Virus record (IMG/VR): IMGVR_UViG_3300032007_000017
Origin: a virus
Taxonomy: Duplodnaviria > Caudoviricetes
Length of the DNA: 64,000 nt
Direction: 5' to 3' (one strand)
The position numbers and the translations under genes are program-made. A model generated the notes under the pieces. That model worked only from the letters and a program-made list of their open reading frames with translations. It had not been told where the DNA came from and did no database searches. Within the stretch, counting starts at the first letter, position 1, and the number at the start of each line of letters is the position of its first letter. Shown here piece by piece: positions 47,801 through 56,442 of this stretch.

Positions 47801-50479
47801 ACCGCCATTAGCGAAGGTTTCTACTTCATCATCATAGTCTTCCCATTCGCTACTGTACTCATCTTGACTCATACCTCCATGAACTCTACGATATTTCCAG
47901 GCATCCCAAGCAGCTCCATAGGTATTAGCCCATCCACGTTTAACTCTATCTTTGATCTGGCTACCTTGGACTTTCATACGAGCCCAGACATCTTTACCAA
48001 ACTGCTTAGCTTTCTTGACTTTATCATTCTCATCAAGGAACTTCTTCAGTCTTGTGAGAACATGTTCATCGATCCAGTCATTCAGTTTATCAAAAGATTC
48101 TTGAGTCTTGAAGATAAGATAGTCAAGAAAACCTTTAATTCTATTGCCATCTTTATCAACAATCTGCTTATCTTCGGTCTCTTTACCTCCAAAGAAGAGA
48201 GTAAAGATTCTCTTATCAGCAGTATCAAGAAGTCCAGTAAGATAGAGAGCAGGTTTCTTAGAAAGAGCATTCAAGCCATTCTGAATGACTTCCCATTTCT
48301 TTCCAAGAGTACTAGCTTTAAGAAGAGAATCAAGAAATGAAGTATCGTTATGGTCGAGTTCACCATGACGAATTCTCTTTTCCTCTTCTCTAGCAATCTG
48401 CTTATCATCCCAAAGCTTATCAAACTCTTCTCCAGTAAGAGGTTTCTCTTTATTAGCACCACGAGCTCTAGCACTCTCATAGATATTATTCATGACTCTG
48501 TATCTGGTGGCATCATCAGCTCTACCACCTCTACGGCGCATGTTTTCTCTACTATAAGGATTACCAGAACCAGTGGGACCATTGCCTCCACCACCACTAG
48601 GGCCATTGACAGGACCAGCGCCTGTTCCACCCATCATATTATGAATATTACGGAGATAGTAGAACAGGTTATGATTATATTCATCAACAGCCTGAGTGAT
48701 GATATTATTAGATCCTTTAAAGATCTCAGTTCTGTTTCCAGATTTATCAAATGCATTATTGTAAAGATGTCTAGCAGTGGCTCCTAAGCCAACACCATTA
48801 CCACTTTCTGCATTCTCATAATAACGAGCAAGAGATTCTATGGCATACATAGCATCATTTGCCATATTCATGGCCTTGCCCTTATCTCTGGTTACAGATT
48901 TAGCTGCTCTAATAAAGTCAGATTCTTTATCGAATCCATAATACTCCCAAGCAGCCATTTTATCATCGCCATATCCATGAGCTTTAAATGGTTCAAAGAT
49001 ACCGCGATCTTCATATATCTTTCTAAGCATGCCTTCAAATTGAGCTTCAAGATCCTTAGATCTCTCCATATCATGTCTGGCAAGCTCAGCAAGATAACTA
49101 CGGTATTCGCCAGTAACTTCAGAGGTAGCATCTCGAATAGCTCTATCCTGACGCTGCTTATTCTCTTTAGCAATTGTCTTGATATTAGTCCATTTACCAG
49201 ATTCGAAGTCAAATACTCTTTCGCTTCCTCCAGTAAGAGCTGCTTCGATTCTAGCAAGATGCCCAGGAATTACATCAATAATTGCTTTCTTGACGATACC
49301 ATCAAACGGTACTGCTCCCTTTTCATATTTGGAAGGATCAATAGAAGTTTTGGTTTTCATTCTTAAACCAAAAATCTTACCTAAAGTCTCCAACCATTGA
49401 GGAGTATCATAGTTAGGATTAGCAGCCGCTTTATTCATTCTTGCAATGAATTGACCAAAGACTCCTGTCATAGTCTGATCAAAAGCTTCAATAGAGTTCT
49501 TGACCATCTTAGGAATCAGAGCTTTAGCAGCATAAGCAGGAATGAATTCCAGCGGGTTTGCTACCAATCCCATAAGAAGATTAGTATCATCTCCATCATT
49601 ACCAAGAAGCATTGTAACTTCACTAGGAAGTACATCATAGAGATTCTTCTTAACAATTTTTGCATACTCCTTAAGATCAGGAGCAGTTGTTCCCAATTCA
49701 CCAAACTGAGAACGTTTATACTGTTGATCCTGTTTACTCTTGTAGATATTTCTCTGCATCTCAGTGGACTCTTTTACAAGTCCTTCAATACTACGAAGAA
49801 TATTAGTGGTCTCAGTATAAAATTTGGTAGAATTCTCAATATGAGTGGTTAGTGGGCCCTCGAGAAACTCATTAACCCTTTTGAGCATAGTCTGCGTACC
49901 AGCTAAGCCATTGGTAACAGTCGAGTACATTTTTTCTCCCTGCGCAAAGAGAAGTTTAGTACTCGCTTTTTCTGATTCTGCTAAATATTCCGCAGCTTTA
50001 GCAGTAATACCAGCTTGAGCAGTAGCAGCATCTTTCATTGCTGATGTGACAATATTTGCATCAGTATGGTCGTCACCATCCTTGATATCAAATGTATTAG
50101 AGTTAAACCCCCAATCATCACCATCATCAATTACACCAAGACTTCCACCAGCTTTATCTTGGTATTCAGCTTCTCGTTTAGGATCATAGAATCTACCTGA
50201 TCTGATAGAATCAAATAAGGCATCTCTTAATCCTACACCAGCTTCATAAACCTTAGAACGCTGAATAGACTTCTGTGCTAATTGTGCTGTCCGCTTATAG
50301 TTTCTAGCACCAGCATAGATGTCTTTAAAGAGTTCTTGGTTTGTTTCGATGAAATCAGCTGTATTCTCAGCTGATCCCTTCAGTTCCTTTGCTGTAGCAT
50401 ATGCTACAGACTTTCCTAGATTAAGTACATACTGTGTAACCTTAGGCAGTGGTTTCTGCCCTTGATTATTAGAAGGCAT
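41891..50479 (-). CDS. Tape measure / tail-associated peptidoglycan hydrolase (C39-like peptidase, lysozyme-like and NlpC/P60 domains)
   Basis: About 2860 aa; FANGG, Gly/Ala hydrophobic stretches; YQNDP..GCGPVAAAN..HYITAMG; EAGGRYGAVNKNDNGALSIGKIQW; SCASTVAWAY..LQPGDI..HTEMYAG; late promoter 50504-50515. Confidence 0.85.
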   Translation of the reverse strand: MPSNNQGQKPLPKVTQYVLNLGKSVAYATAKELKGSAENTADFIETNQELFKDIYAGARNYKRTAQLAQKSIQRSKVYEAGVGLRDALFDSIRSGRFYDPKREAEYQDKAGGSLGVIDDGDDWGFNSNTFDIKDGDDHTDANIVTSAMKDAATAQAGITAKAAEYLAESEKASTKLLFAQGEKMYSTVTNGLAGTQTMLKRVNEFLEGPLTTHIENSTKFYTETTNILRSIEGLVKESTEMQRNIYKSKQDQQYKRSQFGELGTTAPDLKEYAKIVKKNLYDVLPSEVTMLLGNDGDDTNLLMGLVANPLEFIPAYAAKALIPKMVKNSIEAFDQTMTGVFGQFIARMNKAAANPNYDTPQWLETLGKIFGLRMKTKTSIDPSKYEKGAVPFDGIVKKAIIDVIPGHLARIEAALTGGSERVFDFESGKWTNIKTIAKENKQRQDRAIRDATSEVTGEYRSYLAELARHDMERSKDLEAQFEGMLRKIYEDRGIFEPFKAHGYGDDKMAAWEYYGFDKESDFIRAAKSVTRDKGKAMNMANDAMYAIESLARYYENAESGNGVGLGATARHLYNNAFDKSGNRTEIFKGSNNIITQAVDEYNHNLFYYLRNIHNMMGGTGAGPVNGPSGGGGNGPTGSGNPYSRENMRRRGGRADDATRYRVMNNIYESARARGANKEKPLTGEEFDKLWDDKQIAREEEKRIRHGELDHNDTSFLDSLLKASTLGKKWEVIQNGLNALSKKPALYLTGLLDTADKRIFTLFFGGKETEDKQIVDKDGNRIKGFLDYLIFKTQESFDKLNDWIDEHVLTRLKKFLDENDKVKKAKQFGKDVWARMKVQGSQIKDRVKRGWANTYGAAWDAWKYRRVHGGMSQDEYSSEWEDYDDEVETFANGGLITRRGLAVVSPGERIIPNNRNRQHSDLAAERAFARAHGLHGVNYYAYGSDFYRGYHGKAKDKAKQAADQAKQTEETIKKVAKEVSKGSGGKGIADVVASTLIGGGFTTLAGVVGGPLLGAAVGSAVGIAKNSQTVQRLLFGEDVTDEKGNVVDHKGGLIPPKLQKKLNKYLPTMGDFGIAGGLLGLLTPMGLIGGTMMGAAVGFAKENDKFQEFLWGNDKLGPDKKDGLFKKEFREKLKKAAPSMLIGAAGAALFGPFGLLGNAVMGSALGFATTTDAFKNAILGKEETDETGKKHRVGGLVGALYGGLVLPVKRLGLEILTQGKNFLEKTVIPSTAMFLKSITQRIFNGVRNIGDNFSRFFAWLGERTSGKPLVDFIGHTIVGNAAKLAKGALWLPGKIAKGAINAPFAAMRGISNRITANQVKGGSADNMSAAERKSFRAAHPFRTGGIDAFNKADTELESMNSGELAIWKESTALALNARKHMGKKIGDLVKKAGGYISEFFNQPSDVDHRYSRYNLCGNRNIKKVHVSVSKGRFDEVESEIRVFVRRGKLTAEEGNEFLENIKEITLNISKEKDNLANVRDLRAKAMKGIGAKFGVRGFGNIRKLSRLINKEYDVKGAAEAEAKANGEAEAAKPENVVIEAMKSQFDRVIDPVTKIAEYLGYKEDGTGEIKKETMSPIEKVKEAIIGPDEEGVERSQKKDRIGIFGLIHKISENGFFRVVKKILKVGAGVLVGGAALGHLVDFVQRVVWPAVKPIAKRIWEGEDGNGGVKGFFRNIWEGKDGKGGIKGMFPKVASWVQEKIIDPFKKVIGWIKEGTFWENVFGGVLNWFKSGWTKLNDIVIEPIMTRLGVTLYNWWQNRNKSTENDFLAAIGSKKINENGSVTSTYDNSTSFNRMKNNIWGNGSGHNFKTEAKDIYGREFKLLQEGDDKQGTISIYCKTSGEYIIIPYANGQMSNIITYGYYCDNKGNYVTAGAAVGAGVAVGMTAWAASASAAAAAATATGAGLTASGVGAPIGLPVLIGGAVLGLVLSFSGASIGGSIYETSDGKYTAKVEISAKKLPGQFEYICGFFGWNGDISDWPAFATDAKFDSAVKSGAIDDASSYSMAAQYNKSTGNNIATPTTSGKPSPKSGGSFKVTIINQSGTTSIEKTAWVDSSGVMHVKLSRGDGIKLGLEIKGSQDYILESQGNGTYKVGNKYGKGRSKDRRNGGFGHIYQNDPAISGLKFGNSTFGEAGCGPVAAANLMNKMSGGGNGLAAAANFATGYQNSDGSVSPDYFTDLFGGYQTSNKRDLMKKIRAGVPTFLLGHSNGQNGTPFGSGDHYITAMGTDKQGNIIAEDPDLPGSSYKYPANKVLNDTTVGMPTAGKARSSKFRFGKFRGGKANTIRVSKMAERSYAMMEQLEAGGRYGAVNKNDNGALSIGKIQWHGCRAHDLMMMVINNMGADQAREILGEALYKEITTKDRKYWDKRIIVNDSESKKISALISTPIGQRCQDVLAMQNIDGYIESIKKQGVSEENAILYCADFQNQYGSASKLINACKSAGLSLTLDNLHQTALQNFGKYASRRQGCYDLIKKTSKVGAGSIEISDIASYILNKTLSQTTVDLSSGYSMQSSGNRISDQILSQTQEQSNALMDKIFGSGLMNVVRNVKNKVSGAISGNTTSTGDTSNYAIAPSTGNGTQKSIVDAMASKMGQLKYSQEGSKQNPDNGSGSCASTVAWAYKKALGIRPGDSVNGWAYMSSTQQAKDSNFKTIYTNNGRDLVDTNKLQPGDIMYYNWKQTANNGNMSHTEMYAGNNQDLSHGGPGLGPTYRNLTNGRKKNLMMVRRYKGFGRGGSAKANDIIRKYGINTSNTVSTVGNNYNMVAQEAMYDRFLGAIIELLATIATNTEGLAEVQKALAQKGVQIDYEKLEKAAGNARKRAAKARAEQSKNAIDGLRSLIGDDDMSDLANSPTATIVAAMEKLASD

Positions 50480-50600
50480 AATTAAACCTCCTTCTTGCAG
50501 AATTACTACGATGTTCGAGGGGTATATATGGACGGAAATTACAAAAAAATACATAAGACTACCCTTAAGTGGGTAGTCTTATGTATTTCAGAAGGAGAAA

Positions 50601-51017
50601 TTACAATCCGAGTTTAGATGCAGGGACATCAAAGAACGGAAGCTCTTCAATCTGGCAATAGATGGTTTCAGTAGGCTTAGCACCAATGAATTGGCATTTG
50701 ATCTTACCATTCATCGTATTCAGCTTAAGCATCTCATCATCATAGATCTGCTTAAGAAGCTTATTACCAGCCTCTCTAGTACTAGCCTTATTCATGATCA
50801 TATCATCATCGGGAAATACTTTGCAGATGCAAGATTCATGAAGGCCAGGCATCTCGATGACACATTCAGCAATACTAAGATTGGTATCCCAATCTTCAGG
50901 TTTGATTACGAGATCATATTTATTCGGGGTTACTTCTTCAACGAGTCCTTTGATAGGGGGTTCACCCTCTCCACCAGGCTCAGTAGAAACAAGTTTTCTA
51001 ACATCATGGTCTTCCAT
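50601..51017 (-). CDS. Late hypothetical protein
   Basis: 138 aa; late promoter 51040-51051; AGGAGG RBS. Confidence 0.75.
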   Translation of the reverse strand: MEDHDVRKLVSTEPGGEGEPPIKGLVEEVTPNKYDLVIKPEDWDTNLSIAECVIEMPGLHESCICKVFPDDDMIMNKASTREAGNKLLKQIYDDEMLKLNTMNGKIKCQFIGAKPTETIYCQIEELPFFDVPASKLGL

Positions 51018-51039
51018 ATGAGAAACCTCCTGTTTTCAT

Positions 51040-51074
51040 TACTGACATGTTTCTATGCTTCAAACTTACTAATA
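51040..51074. promoter_or_regulatory. Divergent late promoters for the 138-aa gene and terL
   Basis: Minus AACA-tgtcag-TA; plus AACT-tactaa-TA. Confidence 0.8.
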
Positions 51075-51106
51075 AAATATGAAAAAATAACGAAGTAGGT
51101 GGTAAC

Positions 51107-53311
51107 ATGGCTGTTGCATATGCTTCTACACAACGAGTGGTATATTATCATCACTCTACTTCTAATAAATCATTTATTGATATGGCTCTTTATCTAAAAG
51201 ATAAAGGTGTTCAACACTATGAATTCATGCTTCTTCTTTTAGATGCTGACTTAGCAGGAGTGGATCCACATAATCCTAATCTACCCACTGCTCTTAAGTC
51301 TAAAGTACTCAGAGAGGTCATATATAACCCTTGGTATTTTCTAAGAGAAGTTGTAAGAATTCCTACGGATGGTGCTCCTAAGGGTATTGCATTTATACTT
51401 CATAGGGGTAACTTGGCGATGCTATTCTGTCTGATGCTGAATATAAATACAATGTGTATACTACCACGTCAGACAGGAAAAACATACTGTGCAGTTGTAT
51501 GGTATCTATATCTATTTAACTTTGGTACTAGTGGTGCAGAAATTTCGTTCTTGAATAAGAAATTTGAAGACTCGAAGAACAACTTGCTTCGTATGAAGAC
51601 AACAAGAGATCTTCTTCCTTCTTATCTTCAGATGAATGCAATGTTTGCACCAGATGGATCTAAGCTTAAAGGTCGTAACTCTGTTGAGACAATGGAGCAT
51701 CCGATCAATGGCAATAAGATCCGTACTGTTCCTAGTGCTAGAGATAAGACTTCTGCTGCTTCTCTTATGCGTGGTCGTACTACGTCTATAGTCTATATCG
51801 ACGAGTATGCGTTCATTAAGCATAATAAGATCATCTATATGAACATGGTTCCTGCATGGAATACAGCAGCACATAATGCTAAGAATAACCATAGACCTTA
51901 TGGTATGCTTATTACCACAACGCCTGGAATGTTGGCTACTGAAGAAGGTCAATATTGCTATGATGTCATGGGTAATGCTACTCAATTCTCTGAGCAATGG
52001 TATAATCTTACTTATGCTGAGATTATGGATATTGTAGCAACTAATGAGCGTTCTACATTTGTCTTTATTCAATTCACTTACCAGCAGCTTGGTTATAGTG
52101 AAGCTTGGTTCAGACAACTCTGTAAGGATATGGAATTGAACTGGGATGACATCCGTCGAGAAGTTTTGCTCGAATGGTCTCCCTCTATTGAGAATTCTCC
52201 TTTCCGTAAGGAAGATCTCGATATGATTCGTAATCTTCTTAAGGCTCCGATAGGTTCATTTATGATCTTTAATAAGTATACTATCCTAGTATATGAACGT
52301 ATGGATCCAAGACATGTACCTATCCTTGGGGTGGACGTTGCCGGTGGATACTCTCATGATAGTTCTGCTATAACGATAGTTGATAGCTGGACTACTAAGG
52401 TAACTGCCGAGTTTAACTGTAACTGGATTCCTACATTGGATCTTGCTGCAGTTATTCAGGAAATCGTTTCTAAATATATGCCAAATGCAGTTGTTAATAT
52501 TGAGCGTAATGGTGGTTTTGGTGCTACTGTTATTGCTGCTCTATTAAGAACTAATATCAAACGTAATCTTTTCTTCTCTTTCAAAGATAGGGTTATTGAA
52601 GAGAGATATGGAGGACATGAAGTTGTTCGTAAGAAACAACTTACCAAAGTATATGGCTCTGACTCTACACATGAAGAAAGAGATAAGCTTATTGAAATTC
52701 TTAGATCTCGTGTGAATTTCCATAAGGATAAGATTATTTCTAAGACAATCTATGATGAACTCTGTGGTATGGAAGTGAAGAAGAATGGTCGTGTTGAACA
52801 CTCTTCTAATACTCACGATGACCAGGTGTTCTCTTGGTTGTGGGCACTTTACGTCATCTACGAAGGTGGAGACTTAATGCGTAACTGGGGTATCGAGCGT
52901 CATGAGATTCGTACTGATGCTGATCTTGAAGAAGCTGTTTATGACTTCGAACAAGGTAAAGAGCAAGTCAATCTCAATATGACTGGTGTTGATCTCGAAA
53001 CCCAGCAAATTGTTGATGAACAAATGAAAACTCTCGAGAATTCTCCTGGAAAGAAGATGTACAGAGAATGGCTCGAAGAGGAGAAAGCTAAAGATGCTGC
53101 TTGCTTAGCGAAACTTCTTAAGGATCCTAAAGCAAGAGAAGCATATGCTCGTGATATGCACTTAACTCTTGATGATGTAACTCCTGCTGCTGGAAGTTTG
53201 GATACTCTCCCCATGGATGTATTCCTAAACGGAGATCCTACAGAAACCCAGATAGATCAAGGAAATCTGTCATCTATGTTTTCTCGTATATCTCGTGTAT
53301 TTGGCAGATAA
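51107..53311 (+). CDS. terL: Terminase large subunit
   Basis: Walker A PRQTGKT, Walker B VYIDEYAF, motif III TTTPG, nuclease LGVDVAGG..DSSA, NIERN, HDDQV. Confidence 0.93.
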   Translation: MAVAYASTQRVVYYHHSTSNKSFIDMALYLKDKGVQHYEFMLLLLDADLAGVDPHNPNLPTALKSKVLREVIYNPWYFLREVVRIPTDGAPKGIAFILHRGNLAMLFCLMLNINTMCILPRQTGKTYCAVVWYLYLFNFGTSGAEISFLNKKFEDSKNNLLRMKTTRDLLPSYLQMNAMFAPDGSKLKGRNSVETMEHPINGNKIRTVPSARDKTSAASLMRGRTTSIVYIDEYAFIKHNKIIYMNMVPAWNTAAHNAKNNHRPYGMLITTTPGMLATEEGQYCYDVMGNATQFSEQWYNLTYAEIMDIVATNERSTFVFIQFTYQQLGYSEAWFRQLCKDMELNWDDIRREVLLEWSPSIENSPFRKEDLDMIRNLLKAPIGSFMIFNKYTILVYERMDPRHVPILGVDVAGGYSHDSSAITIVDSWTTKVTAEFNCNWIPTLDLAAVIQEIVSKYMPNAVVNIERNGGFGATVIAALLRTNIKRNLFFSFKDRVIEERYGGHEVVRKKQLTKVYGSDSTHEERDKLIEILRSRVNFHKDKIISKTIYDELCGMEVKKNGRVEHSSNTHDDQVFSWLWALYVIYEGGDLMRNWGIERHEIRTDADLEEAVYDFEQGKEQVNLNMTGVDLETQQIVDEQMKTLENSPGKKMYREWLEEEKAKDAACLAKLLKDPKAREAYARDMHLTLDDVTPAAGSLDTLPMDVFLNGDPTETQIDQGNLSSMFSRISRVFGR

Positions 53312-53358
53312 AAAATAAAGGGTGCTGTTGCGCCCTTTATTCTTTCCCCTTCTCCTTA

Positions 53359-53670
53359 TTAGGGATCGTGAGTTGGGTCAAATTCAAACCCGACAACGAC
53401 GTGAAAATCATCAAACCTGACGTATAACACTTGGTTCCGGAATACGATCTTGTAGCAGGTGTGATTGTCGGCGAATGCCTGATCTGTTTCTTTCGCGAAT
53501 CGCTCATGAATTGCGCTGATGTAGCTATCGGGTGTATATTCCAATCTTTCGATCCATGTGCTGGGGTCTGGCCTACCTTTTCTATAGCCGTAGCACTCTA
53601 CGGCTTTTGATGCATGGAGGATTTCCTTAACATAAGAATCCTTAACTTCAATATCAATGTTGCGCTTCAT
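53359..53670 (-). CDS. Early hypothetical protein
   Basis: 103 aa; AAGGAG RBS; CACATTAT motif 53741-53734; leader hairpin with GTGATGG loop. Confidence 0.75.
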   Translation of the reverse strand: MKRNIDIEVKDSYVKEILHASKAVECYGYRKGRPDPSTWIERLEYTPDSYISAIHERFAKETDQAFADNHTCYKIVFRNQVLYVRFDDFHVVVGFEFDPTHDP

Positions 53671-53824
53671 GGTATTATTCTCCTTTTAAATTTAAGATAT
53701 AAGAGGACCATCACTTCCTTCTTATTCATGATTATAATGTGTAACTGAAAATAGTGACTTTTACGGGTTCTTAGAAATCATCAACATTCAAATAATCTGT
53801 ATAAGATTGACTATACTCTAAAAA

Positions 53825-54772
53825 ATGGAGGAAATAAATATGGCTATGTTGTTTAGCGAGCATCAGGCTGCTTTGTTTGAAGGCAAGCAGGCTGAGGAAT
53901 ATAAGGCTAAGAAAGCCGAACAGGCTAAGAAAGATGCCGATTTTGGTAAAGAGCGTTTTAAAGCTGAGCCTGCTGTAAAGAGTAATAGAAAGTATAAAGG
54001 TATGGATGTCTATGAAGCTCCTAAGGGAGATGCATTTAAAAAGGGCAATGATTGGCATGGTAGGGTTAATGATGATAAATCTGAAGAAGATGTGATCGTC
54101 CCTGGAAATAAAATGACTAAAGATAATCCTAATTATCATCCTTATCTGCATCCTAAGAAGACAAAAGCTGCTAAAGATGAAGATAAAGAGCGTAATAAGA
54201 TCGCTGATGATAGAACTAGTAGGCATAATCGTATGAGTGGTAATGCTCTTAAGAATAATAAGTATGCTTTTGAGTATGCTAGAGATGCATCTCGTCGTCA
54301 TGAGCGTCGTCATCCGACTAAGGAGTCCTTTGGTATCTTTGCTGAGATGGTTGACACTGATGAGCCCACTCAGTATGGTGATCAGATGACTCGTGACGAT
54401 CTTGTTCCTGATGATGAGATCTGCAATGGAATTCAGCATCAGTATAATGGCATCGAAAAGACCGGTAATGGTATCGATGATAATGGTGCTCCTGTTGATG
54501 AATCTTATGGAATCTTTGAGCCTATGATGGAAGGTAAGCTAAAAGATCTTGATAAGAAACTTCGTGATAATAAGAGCAAACAAGCATCTGATGATGATCC
54601 TTTTAATGGAAAGTATAATGTTACTTCTCCGGATGGTTCTAGAACTGATAAATTCGGTTCTATGAAACGCCGCTTTGAAGTTGGCCCATATGCTACTGAT
54701 TGGAAAACTCCTTCTGAGAAGCATATTAAAAAGGCTTACGACAAAAAACGTAAGGAATACGGTTATGTTTAA
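53825..54772 (+). CDS. Late charged polyprotein-like internal head protein (true start probably MAMLFSE)
   Basis: Late promoter 53783-53794; internal ESFGIFAEM and ESYGIFEPMMEG linkers. Confidence 0.75.
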   Translation: MEEINMAMLFSEHQAALFEGKQAEEYKAKKAEQAKKDADFGKERFKAEPAVKSNRKYKGMDVYEAPKGDAFKKGNDWHGRVNDDKSEEDVIVPGNKMTKDNPNYHPYLHPKKTKAAKDEDKERNKIADDRTSRHNRMSGNALKNNKYAFEYARDASRRHERRHPTKESFGIFAEMVDTDEPTQYGDQMTRDDLVPDDEICNGIQHQYNGIEKTGNGIDDNGAPVDESYGIFEPMMEGKLKDLDKKLRDNKSKQASDDDPFNGKYNVTSPDGSRTDKFGSMKRRFEVGPYATDWKTPSEKHIKKAYDKKRKEYGYV

Positions 54773-54809
54773 CCAAAAAAGAGAACCCCGAAAGGGGTTC
54801 TCTTATATT

Positions 54810-55349
54810 TTAGATGAATTTAGAGAAGATACTATTCTCCTGGGTAGCAGTAGCAGAAGTCTTAGCATCTGCAGGATCATTGCCAGGATCAGTAGGAGCA
54901 TCAGCTCCATTTTGAGTGCTTCCGCCAGCAACATTTCCAGTATTCTGAGTTTCAAGAATATCAGAAAAGATACCAGCTTCTTCTTTAGTTGGATGACGAC
55001 GATCATGACGGCTAATTGCTTTAACAGCATTGTCTTTTGTATCGCTATCACGCCACATGTTTACATAGTTATTCATCGCTTTTTGACCTTTTTCCTTGGA
55101 TTTTTTAAGGTCATCAATATTTTTTGAAAGACGTTCAGCCTGATATTTAATATGATCATCACTAGCTCCCTGAACTTTACGCTTTGTATCATATATATCT
55201 TTGGCTACTTTATTACGCTTATCGGTATACTCATTAGCAGCATTATTAGCATTAATGCGGCGCTTTGTAAATTCTTTTTTATATTTTTCTTTTGCTTTTT
55301 CATCATCCTTACCTTCAAGCAAGGGAGTAAAAATTCCATATTCAGACAT
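54810..55349 (-). CDS. Late protein partly paralogous to the convergent neighbour
   Basis: MSEYGIFTPLLEG; RHDRRHPTKEEAGIFSDILE versus RHERRHPTKESFGIF; late promoter 55385-55396. Confidence 0.75.
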   Translation of the reverse strand: MSEYGIFTPLLEGKDDEKAKEKYKKEFTKRRINANNAANEYTDKRNKVAKDIYDTKRKVQGASDDHIKYQAERLSKNIDDLKKSKEKGQKAMNNYVNMWRDSDTKDNAVKAISRHDRRHPTKEEAGIFSDILETQNTGNVAGGSTQNGADAPTDPGNDPADAKTSATATQENSIFSKFI

Positions 55350-55384
55350 TTATATATACTCCTTTCAGGTAAAATACCTTAGAT

Positions 55385-55409
55385 TATTTAGTTGTTCAAC
55401 ATTTCAATA
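55385..55409. promoter_or_regulatory. Abutting divergent late promoters
   Basis: Minus AACA-actaaa-TA 55396-55385; plus AACA-tttcaa-TA 55398-55409. Confidence 0.85.
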
Positions 55410-55431
55410 ATCTAAGTAAGGAGATGATTTT

Positions 55432-56199
55432 ATGGCTCCTATGAATAAGATGACTAATCTGCTCAATAAGATTGAGAGACGTTTAGGAACCAAAATGCTG
55501 AATCTTCCTGATGAACTCTCTAAAGATGAGTGGGCTAAAGTCATTGATGAAGACTCTTTAACTACTTTTTCTCGTTTCTTTCCTAATCAGATGACTATCA
55601 TTCTTGGGCCCGATCTTAAGAAACAAGATGGATGGTATCTGATTGATGAGTATATTCCTGATAATGTTGAAATCTTAGGAATTCGTGATATAGATTTCCC
55701 TATGCTTTCTCAAGATGCATCTACTCAGCATGATGCATATGGGTTTGGTATCTATTCTGTCCTTCCGACTGATTATTCTTATGATGATATTGCTGCTATT
55801 CAGATGAGAGCAGATTTAACTTCTATCTTTTTGAATCAGATCTTTGTCAAGTACAAAGCTCCTAATATGATTCGTTTGGAATCAAATTATCATACGGATG
55901 TCACTCGTGGATTTAAGAATTATCCTCTCCATCTTTTGATTAAGCATGCACCTAATCTGATGACGATTCCTCCTACCATGATGGAAACATTTGAGAATCT
56001 TGCTACTGCCGATGTAGCTAAATTCCTTCATGGTAATCTTAAGTACTTTGATGGAGCAGAAACAGTCTATGCAAATCTCGATCTTAAACTTCAAGACTTA
56101 GAACAAGAAGCTAATAAGAGAGATGATATTGTAAAAGAACTTGATGATGCTCATGTCTCTGCTGCAAATCAGAATCAGCCTTTGATTCTCTGTGTATAA
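55432..56199 (+). CDS. Neck/head-completion protein (T4 gp13-like, tentative)
   Basis: N-terminal KIERRLG..IDEDSL..FSRFFP and C-terminal helical end with PLILCV; late promoter 55398-55409. Confidence 0.55.
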   Translation: MAPMNKMTNLLNKIERRLGTKMLNLPDELSKDEWAKVIDEDSLTTFSRFFPNQMTIILGPDLKKQDGWYLIDEYIPDNVEILGIRDIDFPMLSQDASTQHDAYGFGIYSVLPTDYSYDDIAAIQMRADLTSIFLNQIFVKYKAPNMIRLESNYHTDVTRGFKNYPLHLLIKHAPNLMTIPPTMMETFENLATADVAKFLHGNLKYFDGAETVYANLDLKLQDLEQEANKRDDIVKELDDAHVSAANQNQPLILCV

Positions 56200-56225
56200 A
56201 AATAAACTAAATTCAACAAATTGAT

Positions 56226-56391
56226 AAAGGACCGGCCAGTCCCGGTCCTTTATCTTTGACAAATAAGCATTAGGGTTATAATATCTTGACATGTTATGTC
56301 CTCCATTTATAAATATTTATATTTGAAGGACCTCCTATTCGAGTCAATAGAAGTGATAGTGGTATGACTGGCTACCACTATCACTTCTATT
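56226..56391 (+). ncRNA. Candidate late small RNA B (paralog of RNA A)
   Basis: AACA-aattga-TA 56215-56226; 5' hairpin; AAATAAG; internal hairpin; GACATGTTATGTCCTCC; GGACCTCCTATTCGAGTCA; 19-bp perfect terminal hairpin 56346-56391. Confidence 0.55.
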
Positions 56392-56442
56392 CATTCTTAT
56401 GGATCATATAAAAAAGAAAAACCGAGGGATTTCTCCCTCGGT

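Noticed and set aside
51107-53311. Intein or intron in the terminase
   Set aside because: ATPase and nuclease motifs are contiguous; no intein terminal motifs seen
56098-56292. 64-aa minus-strand ORF with a GGAGG RBS
   Set aside because: Runs antisense through a hairpin and 100 nt of the neck gene; the promoter motif is on the other strand. Kept only as an alternative to RNA B
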